Assembly: GCA_042091515.1 (NCBI GenBank)
Contig: JBELHH010000002.1
Span: forward strand, 62,450-126,449
Direction: 5' to 3'
Source: Flavobacterium sp.
GTDB taxonomy: Bacteria; Bacteroidota; Bacteroidia; Flavobacteriales; Flavobacteriaceae
DNA length: 64,000 bases
The notes under the pieces are model-generated. The model saw only the letters and a program-made list of their open reading frames with translations, had not been told where the DNA came from and did no database searches. Below, piece by piece: positions 10,657 through 18,830 of this stretch (position 1 is its first letter; each line of letters opens with the position of its first letter). The translations under genes were made by a program, and so were the position numbers.

Positions 10657-12666
10657 CTAAGACAGTTTTAAAATAATTGTTTCTCCTTTATTGATAGGAG
10701 TCCCTTTTTTAATAGATTGTTTCTTGACTTTCCCAACGCCTTCAACCGTAACTTTTAACCCTAAATTTTCTAATAATGAAATAGCGTCCATCCCTGGCAT
10801 TCCGAAAAGATCAGGGATCATTTGATTTTTTATTTTAGTATGAAAGCTCATGTATTGATTATGAATTTTTTTTGATGAAAATTCATCGTCAACAATTTCA
10901 CCTTCGATAGGTGTACTGGTAACTATTTTTTGAGCAATCTCTTTAAAAACAGGTGCAGCGACTGTAGCACCGTAATACCCTTTTTTCTTATCGGGATCAT
11001 GAATCACAACAATGCAAGAATATTTTGGAGTTTCTACAGGGAAAAACCCTGCAAAAGAAGCGACATATCTTTGACTAGAATATCCTCCAGGAATTGTATC
11101 TCCTTTTTTGTTAATATACCTCGCAACATATTTTTTTGCTGTTCCTGTTTTGCCAGCCATAGAAAAATCTGGAGAGTAAATGTTAGTTGCAGTGCCTTTA
11201 ACTACAACATTTTCCATTATTTTTTTAATTTTTTTAATGGTTTCAGCAGAAGCAATCTGGGGATTAATAATTTCTTTTTTATAAATTTTTTCAATATTAT
11301 TTTCTTTCCTTAGCTCTTTTATAAATTGAGGTTTTACCATTTCTCCATTGTTGGCTACTGCATTGTATAACGTTAACATCTGCAATGGGGTAACTGCTAT
11401 GCTATAGCCCCAAGACATCCACTCTAAACTAATCTTGTTCCATCCTGATTTTCCAGGGTAGAAAACTTTGGGTTTTCCTTCTCCTTTTATGGGTAAGCCA
11501 ATTTTTTCTGTGAGCCCATAATCTTTCAAATGTTGTAAAAATATTGCCGGATTCTCATCATAGTATTTACGTATTAATTTTACAATACCAATGTTTGAAG
11601 AAACCTCAAAAGCTCTTGCTGCCGATATCTTCCCGTATCCTCCTCTTTGAGAATCTTCAACTTTTTTACCGTGAATAAAAATTTGTCCTTTCTCTGTATC
11701 TACTACAGTAGAGGTATCAATTACCTGATCATCTAAAGCAGCCATTAAGCTGGCTAATTTCATCGTTGACCCTGGTTCATGAGATTCCCAAACCGCATAG
11801 TTTCTTTTTTCATAATATTTACCTGCTGATGTTCTCCCTAGATTTGAAATAGCCTTGATTTCTCCTGTTGCAGTTTCCATAACGACCGCACAGCCATGTT
11901 CAGCCTCAAAATTTTCTAATTGACGTAGCAAAGCATGATGAGTTATATCTTGAATATTAACATCTAAAGTTGTAATTACATCATGGCCATCAATGGGTTC
12001 CTTTTCATTTACTTCATTGATTGGCTTCCATTGCCCTTTTGCAATTTTTTGTTTCCATCGAAGTCCGTCTTCCCCCTTTAAATAGTCTACAAAAGCACCT
12101 TCTATACCAACCTCCCCTTTAGTATTATGATACCCAATTGTCCTTTCTGCTATTTTCCCTATGGGATGAGCTCTTACTGTTTCTTGTTCGGCAATAAAAC
12201 CTCCTCTGTACACTCCCAACTTGAATATTGGAAATTGTTTAATTTTCACATAATCGTTATAGCCAATATCTTTAGCGATGAGTAGGTATCTATTCTTAAA
12301 TTTTCTCGCATCTCTTAATTTTTTTTCAAAATAAGAAGTTGTTTCATCCAATAAATCACCAAGTGAGTTAGAAAGCTCTCTCACATCCCTATCAAAAATC
12401 TTTCCATCAACAGACATTACATCCATTCTAATCGTAAATTTAGACATAGAGGTCGCTAGCAGATTTCCGTCTGAAGCATACACATTTCCCTTGTTGGCAA
12501 AAATGGTAAATGGTTTTCTCGTGTGTTGTGTTTCAATTTTTTTGTATTTCTCTCCCTGGAAATACTGAATCTCTATTACACGAAAGATAATAGCAGTAAG
12601 AAGAAGCGTCATAAAAGCAGCTACAAAGTAGAATTTTGTTAATACGCTTGTTTTATGATTTTTCAA
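10657..12666 (-). CDS. ftsI: Class B penicillin-binding protein / division transpeptidase FtsI with a C-terminal PASTA domain
   Basis: Transpeptidase motifs STMK, SSN and KTGT are present. The C-terminal sequence IPDLFGMPGMDAISLLENLGLKVTVEG... looks like a PASTA domain. TTG start. Confidence 0.9.
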   Translation of the reverse strand: MKNHKTSVLTKFYFVAAFMTLLLTAIIFRVIEIQYFQGEKYKKIETQHTRKPFTIFANKGNVYASDGNLLATSMSKFTIRMDVMSVDGKIFDRDVRELSNSLGDLLDETTSYFEKKLRDARKFKNRYLLIAKDIGYNDYVKIKQFPIFKLGVYRGGFIAEQETVRAHPIGKIAERTIGYHNTKGEVGIEGAFVDYLKGEDGLRWKQKIAKGQWKPINEVNEKEPIDGHDVITTLDVNIQDITHHALLRQLENFEAEHGCAVVMETATGEIKAISNLGRTSAGKYYEKRNYAVWESHEPGSTMKLASLMAALDDQVIDTSTVVDTEKGQIFIHGKKVEDSQRGGYGKISAARAFEVSSNIGIVKLIRKYYDENPAIFLQHLKDYGLTEKIGLPIKGEGKPKVFYPGKSGWNKISLEWMSWGYSIAVTPLQMLTLYNAVANNGEMVKPQFIKELRKENNIEKIYKKEIINPQIASAETIKKIKKIMENVVVKGTATNIYSPDFSMAGKTGTAKKYVARYINKKGDTIPGGYSSQRYVASFAGFFPVETPKYSCIVVIHDPDKKKGYYGATVAAPVFKEIAQKIVTSTPIEGEIVDDEFSSKKIHNQYMSFHTKIKNQMIPDLFGMPGMDAISLLENLGLKVTVEGVGKVKKQSIKKGTPINKGETIILKLS

Positions 12667-12677
12667 AACTGTTTAAT

Positions 12678-13004
12678 TTATTCTTTAGTAATAACTATTA
12701 TTCTTTTTGGCGGAACTCTAGAAGGTTGTAAACCCATTATCTTTGCTCTTTGTCGAATATTAGATTCCATTTTCATTCGCATCAATGTTGTTTGAGTATC
12801 TATATATTCTGCTCTTAATTTTCGTTTTTCTTTATTAAGTCCTGAAATCTGTACCACTTTTTTATCAGAACTATGAGCACTTGATATCATTACTAACATT
12901 AGAGTAACTATAAATAAAATCATCCTCCAGTTTTTAAAAGCTGATTCATTAACTAAGAACCCTCCTTTTAAAAATTCATTTATTTTAATTTTTACTCTAG
13001 ACAT
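12678..13004 (-). CDS. FtsL-like small bitopic division protein
   Basis: 108 aa with one TM segment (ILFIVTLMLVMISSA) followed by a charged, coiled-coil-like tail. It lies between rsmH and ftsI, the position occupied by ftsL. Confidence 0.6.
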   Translation of the reverse strand: MSRVKIKINEFLKGGFLVNESAFKNWRMILFIVTLMLVMISSAHSSDKKVVQISGLNKEKRKLRAEYIDTQTTLMRMKMESNIRQRAKIMGLQPSRVPPKRIIVITKE

Positions 13005-13005
13005 C

Positions 13006-13908
13006 CTATTTTAATTTAGCCACTCTTAACTTGGCACTTCGAGCTCTATTATTCTCTTTAATTTCTGATTGATTAGGTATAATAAGCTTCCCGATTTTTT
13101 CAAGAGGTACCTCAAAGTTTCCAAATAAATCCTTTTTAGGCTCTCCTTTAAACAAGCCGGTTCTTATGAATCTTTTAACCAACCTATCCTCTAACGAATG
13201 GTAAGAAATAATACTCAATCTTCCCTCAGGCTTTAACAGAGTCGGCATCTTGCATAAAAACTCTTTTAAAACCTCCAACTCTTGATTTACCTCAATTCTG
13301 ACCGCTTGATAAATTTGAGCTAATATTTTATGCTCTTTCGCTTTTGGTAAATACTTTTTTAATAGGGCTCTGAGCTGAAAACTTGTCTCTATTTCTCTTT
13401 TATTTCGATTCTCTATAATTGTTTTAGCAATGGACCTTGCATTTCTCAACTCTCCATATTGAAAAAAAATATCTGATAACTTTTCTTCAGAATAAGAGTT
13501 TATTATTTTTTTAGCTGAAATATTTGAACGTTGATTCATTCTCATATCTAACTCACCATCAAAGCGAATAGAAAATCCTCTTTCAGCTTCATCAAACTGA
13601 TGAGATGAGACTCCCAAATCTGCCAAAACACCATCAACTTTTTTGATACCATAAAATTTTAAGAACTTACTTATATATCTGAAATTCTCTTGGATTAAAA
13701 TAAACCGATCGTCTTGAATTTTATTTCTTATTGCATCTGGATCCTGGTCAAAAGCAATTAATTTTCCTTTTTCTCCTAATCGATGTAAGATTTCTCTTGA
13801 ATGACCACCACCTCCAAATGTAACGTCTACATAAACCCCATTTTCTTTTATTGCTAAAGCATCTATGCTTTCTTTTAATAAAACAGGGTTATGATATTGC
13901 ATCCTCAT
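13006..13908 (-). CDS. rsmH: 16S rRNA (cytosine1402-N4)-methyltransferase RsmH
   Basis: YHNPVLL N-terminus plus VDVTFGGGGHS and DLGVSSHQ motifs. Confidence 0.95.
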   Translation of the reverse strand: MRMQYHNPVLLKESIDALAIKENGVYVDVTFGGGGHSREILHRLGEKGKLIAFDQDPDAIRNKIQDDRFILIQENFRYISKFLKFYGIKKVDGVLADLGVSSHQFDEAERGFSIRFDGELDMRMNQRSNISAKKIINSYSEEKLSDIFFQYGELRNARSIAKTIIENRNKREIETSFQLRALLKKYLPKAKEHKILAQIYQAVRIEVNQELEVLKEFLCKMPTLLKPEGRLSIISYHSLEDRLVKRFIRTGLFKGEPKKDLFGNFEVPLEKIGKLIIPNQSEIKENNRARSAKLRVAKLK

Positions 13909-14356
13909 CAGTATTTCCCATTACTTCTTCTGCCAATGAAGCAAAATCTAATGCAGCATCATCAATTGCCTTTTCATAATTTTCTTTATCCCAAATCTCA
14001 ATGATATTAATAGCAGATGACAATACTATTTGTTTTTTTATTTGAGCAAATTGATATAGGTCTTTTGGAATCAATAATCTTCCAGACGCATCCAATTCTG
14101 CTATTTTTACACCTGCTGTGAATCTTCTAATAAAATCATTATTCTTTTTAACAAAACGATTTAACTTATTCATTTTATTCATTACGTCATTCCACTCTTG
14201 CATTGGGTACAACTCCAAACATGGTTGAAAAACAGCTCTTTTAATAACAAAACCATTCTGTAATACACAGGATAATTGCTTTTTAAAAGCTGCTGAGATC
14301 ATCAGCCTTCCTTTTGTATCTACCTTACATTCATATGTCCCTGTTAAATTGATCAA
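13889..14356 (-). CDS. mraZ: Transcriptional regulator MraZ
   Basis: Duplicated DxxGR motifs (VDTKGRL and LDASGRL). First gene of the dcw cluster. TTG start; overlaps rsmH by 20 nt. Confidence 0.9.
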   Translation of the reverse strand: MINLTGTYECKVDTKGRLMISAAFKKQLSCVLQNGFVIKRAVFQPCLELYPMQEWNDVMNKMNKLNRFVKKNNDFIRRFTAGVKIAELDASGRLLIPKDLYQFAQIKKQIVLSSAINIIEIWDKENYEKAIDDAALDFASLAEEVMGNTDEDAIS

Positions 14357-14379
14357 TGATTTTATTTTAAGTTTAAAAC

Positions 14380-14387
14380 CAAAAATA
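14380..14387 (-). promoter_or_regulatory. Candidate Bacteroidota -7 promoter box TATTTTTG for mraZ/dcw
   Basis: The minus strand reads TATTTTTG, which matches TAnnTTTG. It lies 23 nt upstream of the mraZ start codon. Confidence 0.35.
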
Positions 14388-14395
14388 AAAAAAAT

Positions 14396-14425
14396 TTACC
14401 ACTTTTTACCACTTTTTACCACTTT
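14396..14425 (-). promoter_or_regulatory. Three perfect 10-nt direct repeats (AAAGTGGTAA)x3: predicted MraZ operator
   Basis: The plus strand reads ttaccacttt three times with no spacer. On the coding strand this gives GTGGT pentamers separated by 5-nt A-rich spacers, 40-69 nt upstream of mraZ. Confidence 0.55.
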
Positions 14426-14555
14426 GTTGATAAATTTTATAATTCATTATTTTTTTTTATTTTTTTATTAAAAAAATGAAATTTACTGAACTCAAAAATC
14501 AACTCTTTTCTCATAAAAAAGAACTACATTTGCGACTAAGCCTAACAAAATAAAA

Positions 14556-15320
14556 ATGACTGAAAGCTTAAAGAAAGAGAGGGAATTTACCTATGTAGAA
14601 GCGGGAGAAGGAAGGCCGTTAATTGTTCTTCATGGATTAATGGGTGCATTAAGTAATTTTGACAAAACATTTCAGCATTTTTCAAAAAAGGGATACAAAG
14701 TTTTAATCCCAGAATTACCTTTATACAATCTTCCCATACTCAAAACAAACGTTAAAAATTTAGCGAAGTTTATTCATGATTTTATTACTTACAAAAACCT
14801 AAAAGATGTGACTCTTCTAGGGAATTCTTTAGGAGGTCATATTGCTCTATATTACACAAAAACATATCCGCAAGATGTACATTCTTTAGTTCTTACAGGA
14901 AGTTCTGGTCTTTATGAAAAATCAATGGGAGATAGTTACCCAAAAAGAGGTAATTACGAATATATAGAACAAAAGACCAAAGACGTTTTTTATAATCCAA
15001 AAGTAGCAACTAAAGAACTAATAGACCAAGTATATGGAATTGTTAATAACCGAAATACGGTTCTTAAAACATTAGCAATTGCAAAAAGTGCTATCCGACA
15101 CAATATGGCTTCTGATTTACCTAAAATGAAACAGCCAGCTTGTCTAATTTGGGGAAAACAAGATAACGTTACTCCTCCTGAGGTTGCTCTTGATTTTCAT
15201 AAATTATTACCTAATTCAGATTTATTTTGGATAGATAAATGCGGTCATGCCGCTATGATGGAAACTCCAGAAGAATTCAATAAAATTCTTGAAAATTGGT
15301 TTGACTCCAGAAACATCTGA
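14556..15320 (+). CDS. Alpha/beta-fold hydrolase
   Basis: Nucleophile elbow GNSLGG, HG oxyanion motif (VLHGLMG) and C-terminal CGH. Confidence 0.85.
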   Translation: MTESLKKEREFTYVEAGEGRPLIVLHGLMGALSNFDKTFQHFSKKGYKVLIPELPLYNLPILKTNVKNLAKFIHDFITYKNLKDVTLLGNSLGGHIALYYTKTYPQDVHSLVLTGSSGLYEKSMGDSYPKRGNYEYIEQKTKDVFYNPKVATKELIDQVYGIVNNRNTVLKTLAIAKSAIRHNMASDLPKMKQPACLIWGKQDNVTPPEVALDFHKLLPNSDLFWIDKCGHAAMMETPEEFNKILENWFDSRNI

Positions 15321-15324
15321 TGAT

Positions 15325-15936
15325 ATGAAAATTAAATCTGCAGAGTTTGTAATGAGTAATAGCAATGTTAACAAAGCTCCAAAAGATAGAATTCCAGAAT
15401 ATGCATTTATCGGAAGATCTAACGTTGGAAAATCTTCTTTGATTAATATGCTAATGGAGCGAAAAGATTTAGCTAAGATTTCAGGAAAACCAGGAAAAAC
15501 TCAACTTATCAACCATTTTAAAATTAATAACGCTTGGTTTTTAGTAGACCTCCCTGGTTATGGATATGCTAAAGTTTCTAAAAAGAAAAGAGTCATCTTT
15601 CAATACTTCATTGAAAATTATTTTAAAGAGAGAGAACAATTAGTTTGTACTTTTGTACTAATTGATAGCAGACACGATCCTCAAAAAATTGATTTGGATT
15701 TCATGCAGTTCTTAGGTGAAAATCAACTACCATTTTGTATTGTTTTTACAAAGGCAGACAAGCTTAGTAGCTCTAAATTAAATAAACAAATTATTTCATA
15801 CAAAAAGAAACTTTTACACACCTGGGAATCTTTACCTACATCATTTACAACATCCTCTTCTTCAAAATTAGGACGAGGGGAATTTTTAGAATTTATTGAT
15901 GGTATCAATAAAGATTTTAAATTAGATACCTACTAA
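15325..15936 (+). CDS. engB: Ribosome biogenesis GTP-binding protein EngB/YihA
   Basis: G1 motif GRSNVGKSSLIN, G3 motif DLPGYG, G4 motif TKADK. I moved the start to the ATG at 15325 because the track start at 15289 overlaps the preceding gene. Confidence 0.9.
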   Translation: MKIKSAEFVMSNSNVNKAPKDRIPEYAFIGRSNVGKSSLINMLMERKDLAKISGKPGKTQLINHFKINNAWFLVDLPGYGYAKVSKKKRVIFQYFIENYFKEREQLVCTFVLIDSRHDPQKIDLDFMQFLGENQLPFCIVFTKADKLSSSKLNKQIISYKKKLLHTWESLPTSFTTSSSSKLGRGEFLEFIDGINKDFKLDTY

Positions 15937-15942
15937 ATTTCA

Positions 15943-16626
15943 ATGCATTCTAATAAACATAATTTACACATTTTATATGAAGATAATCATATTATCATTG
16001 TAAATAAACGTTCAGGGGATATTACCCAAGGTGATAAAACAGGCGATAAACCTCTTGGAGATATAGTAAAAGAATATATCAAAGAAAAATATAATAAACC
16101 TGGAAATGTTTTTTTGGGAATCGTTCACAGACTAGATAGACCAACCTCTGGAGTTATTGTTTTTGCAAGAACTTCGAAAGCATTAGGAAGAATGAATAAG
16201 CTACTCAGAGATAAAAAAATCCAAAAAACATATTGGGCGATTGTTAAAAATAGCCCAAAAAAAGAAAAAGATAGTTTAATTCATTACCTTAAAAAAAATC
16301 GTAAAAACAATAAATCTTCTGTTTATAGTAGAGAAACTGACGGTTCTAAAAAAGCTATTTTACACTACAAAAAAATTAAACCACTAGAAAACTACTCTTT
16401 GTTAGAAATTAATCTTGAAACAGGTAGACATCATCAAATAAGAGCACAACTTTCTTTCATTGGAAGTCCAATCAAAGGAGATTTAAAATACGGTGCCTCC
16501 CGAAGTAATAAAGATGGTCGTATTCACTTACATGCTAGAAAAATAGAATTTATACATCCAGTAACTACCAATAAAATATCTGTATATGCCCCTACTCCAA
16601 ATGAAGTAATTTGGAACGCTTGTTAG
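15943..16626 (+). CDS. RluA-family pseudouridine synthase
   Basis: Catalytic motif HRLDRPTSGVIVFA and GRHHQIR. Confidence 0.9.
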   Translation: MHSNKHNLHILYEDNHIIIVNKRSGDITQGDKTGDKPLGDIVKEYIKEKYNKPGNVFLGIVHRLDRPTSGVIVFARTSKALGRMNKLLRDKKIQKTYWAIVKNSPKKEKDSLIHYLKKNRKNNKSSVYSRETDGSKKAILHYKKIKPLENYSLLEINLETGRHHQIRAQLSFIGSPIKGDLKYGASRSNKDGRIHLHARKIEFIHPVTTNKISVYAPTPNEVIWNAC

Positions 16627-16669
16627 TAATTGTTATCTTTAATAAATATTTTAACTAGATTTAAATTTT

Positions 16670-18076
16670 ATGACAACAAGAAGAAAGTTCCTTAAAAAAA
16701 CATTAGTAAGTTCAGCTGCATTTTTTATAGTTCCTAGACATGTTCTTGGAAGAGGTTTTGTTGCTCCTAGTGACAAACTAGGAATTGCTGCTATAGGCAT
16801 TGGCGGAAAAGGAACTTCCAATCTTACTAATAGTTTTGCATCTAACGAAGCTAATATTGTAGCTCTTTGTGATGTGGATGATCGAAGGGCTAAAAATATG
16901 AGAGAGCAATTCTCTAAAGCTCCTTATTTTAGGGACTATCGTGAAATGCTTGAAAAAAAAGATAAAGATATAGATGCCGTAATTGTTAGTACTTCAGATC
17001 ACATGCACTATATTCAATCTGTTGCCGCCATGGATCTGGGGAAACATATGTATATTGAAAAGCCCCTTACACATGATATTTGGGAGGCTAGAGAACTTAC
17101 TCTAAAAGCAGAAAAAAATAAATTGGTAACTCAAATGGGAAACCAAGGTGCAAGTGGAGATGGAACTCGATGGATTGATGCTGTTGTTCAAGAAGGAATC
17201 ATCGGTGATGTGAAACAAGTTCATGTATGGACAAATAGACCTGTTTGGCCACAAGGAATCCCTGTCCCCAAAGAAACAATGACTATTCCGAAGGGAATTG
17301 ATTGGAACTTATGGCTTGGAACTGCTCCATGGAGAGGATATCATGAGGCTTTTATGCCAACTCGCTGGAGGGGGTATTGGGATTACGGAACAGGAGCTCT
17401 TGGCGATATGGGTTGCCATTTGATAGATGTTCCTTTTAGAGCTTTAAAGCTAGGATATCCTAGCTCTGTAGAATGTAGTGTTACCAATACATATCAAGAT
17501 TTTTTCAAAGAAGTTGTTTATGAAGATACACCTCCTGCTTCGTCAGTAATTCATTTAGAATTTCCCAAAAGAGGAAATATGCCTCCAGTAGAATTACATT
17601 GGTATGACGGAGGTATAGAGCCTGAAAGACCAGAGTTACTTGGCGCTGACGAACCTTTTGGCGATTGGGGTGGCGGCGTAATCATGGAAGGTGCTAAAGG
17701 GGTTTTAATATGTGGAACTTATGGCTCTAATCCGAAAGTATATTTAAACGATGGCTCTGAAGTAATACAGCCTAAAAATATAGCGCCTTTGGTTGAAAAT
17801 GGGATGACAGGACATCAAGCTCAGTGGATCAGAGCCTGTAAAGAAGGCTTTGGAGCTTACACCAGCTCTCCTTTATCTAAAGCAGGTCCATTGACAGAAA
17901 CAATTTTAATGGGAAATCTAGCCATCAGATCTGCTTTTATCAATGAAAAGGTAAATAATAGGTATCAGTTCCCTGGAAGAAGGAAAAAACTACTTTGGGA
18001 TGGAGAACAAATGAAAATCACCAATTTTGAGAGCGCCAATCAATTTATAAAAAGAACCTACAGAACTGGTTGGTAA
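16670..18076 (+). CDS. Tat-exported Gfo/Idh/MocA-family oxidoreductase
   Basis: Twin-arginine leader MTTRRKFLKK...AAFF, Rossmann-type GIGGKG motif and EKP motif (YIEKPLT). Confidence 0.85.
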   Translation: MTTRRKFLKKTLVSSAAFFIVPRHVLGRGFVAPSDKLGIAAIGIGGKGTSNLTNSFASNEANIVALCDVDDRRAKNMREQFSKAPYFRDYREMLEKKDKDIDAVIVSTSDHMHYIQSVAAMDLGKHMYIEKPLTHDIWEARELTLKAEKNKLVTQMGNQGASGDGTRWIDAVVQEGIIGDVKQVHVWTNRPVWPQGIPVPKETMTIPKGIDWNLWLGTAPWRGYHEAFMPTRWRGYWDYGTGALGDMGCHLIDVPFRALKLGYPSSVECSVTNTYQDFFKEVVYEDTPPASSVIHLEFPKRGNMPPVELHWYDGGIEPERPELLGADEPFGDWGGGVIMEGAKGVLICGTYGSNPKVYLNDGSEVIQPKNIAPLVENGMTGHQAQWIRACKEGFGAYTSSPLSKAGPLTETILMGNLAIRSAFINEKVNNRYQFPGRRKKLLWDGEQMKITNFESANQFIKRTYRTGW

Positions 18077-18088
18077 GCTAATTTATAT

Positions 18089-18823
18089 ATGCCACAAAAA
18101 ACTTTAGAAGAAGCACTTCATTATCGTAGATCGGTTCGTATTTATGATCCTAAAAAAAGTATTGACACATCAATTGTAAAAAAATGTATCAAACAAGCCA
18201 CGTTGGCACCCAATAGCAGTAATATGCAACTTTGGGAATTTTACCATATCACTTCCAAAAAGACACTTAAAAAAATTGTGCCCCTTTGTTTTAATCAAAA
18301 TACTGCAAGAACCGCTCAACAAATGGTTGTATTTGTGGTTAGAAAAGATTTATGGAAAAAAAGAGCCAATGCAAATTTAAAATTTATCGATAAAAATTTT
18401 GGTGCCAATAATCCGATCTCGAATCAGAGTAATAGAGAGAAAGTGGCTAGAAAATATTATGGTAAATTAATTCCTTTTGCTTATGCTGATTTTTTAGGGA
18501 TCTTTGGATTTTTAAAATATCTAATGATTCTAATAATAGGCATTTTCAAACCAATATACAGAGAAGTAAGAAAGAGTGATATGAGGGTTGTTGCGCATAA
18601 AACATGTGGATTGGCTGCTCAAAATTTTATGCTTTCGATGGCTGCTGAAAATTATGACACATGTCCAATGGAAGGCTCAGACACATGGCGTGTAAAAAAA
18701 GTTTTAGGTCTACCTTATGGATCAGAAATTAATATGATTGTTTCCTGTGGAATTAGAAAACCTGAAGGTATTTATGGAGAACAATTTAGAATTCCTTTTG
18801 AAGAGGTTTACAAACACGTTTAG
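18089..18823 (+). CDS. Nitroreductase-family protein
   Basis: N-terminal RRSVRIYD and APNSSNMQLW motifs typical of the family. There is an internal hydrophobic insert. Confidence 0.75.
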   Translation: MPQKTLEEALHYRRSVRIYDPKKSIDTSIVKKCIKQATLAPNSSNMQLWEFYHITSKKTLKKIVPLCFNQNTARTAQQMVVFVVRKDLWKKRANANLKFIDKNFGANNPISNQSNREKVARKYYGKLIPFAYADFLGIFGFLKYLMILIIGIFKPIYREVRKSDMRVVAHKTCGLAAQNFMLSMAAENYDTCPMEGSDTWRVKKVLGLPYGSEINMIVSCGIRKPEGIYGEQFRIPFEEVYKHV

Positions 18824-18830
18824 GAGATCA

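Noticed and set aside
17-11313. Track ORFs 17-247, 1877-2104 and 10930-11313 within the dcw cluster.
   Set aside because: Each lies antisense to and fully inside a strongly supported gene (ftsZ, ftsA, ftsI). The translations are low-complexity and I/F/N-rich, as expected for the reverse strand of AT-rich coding DNA.
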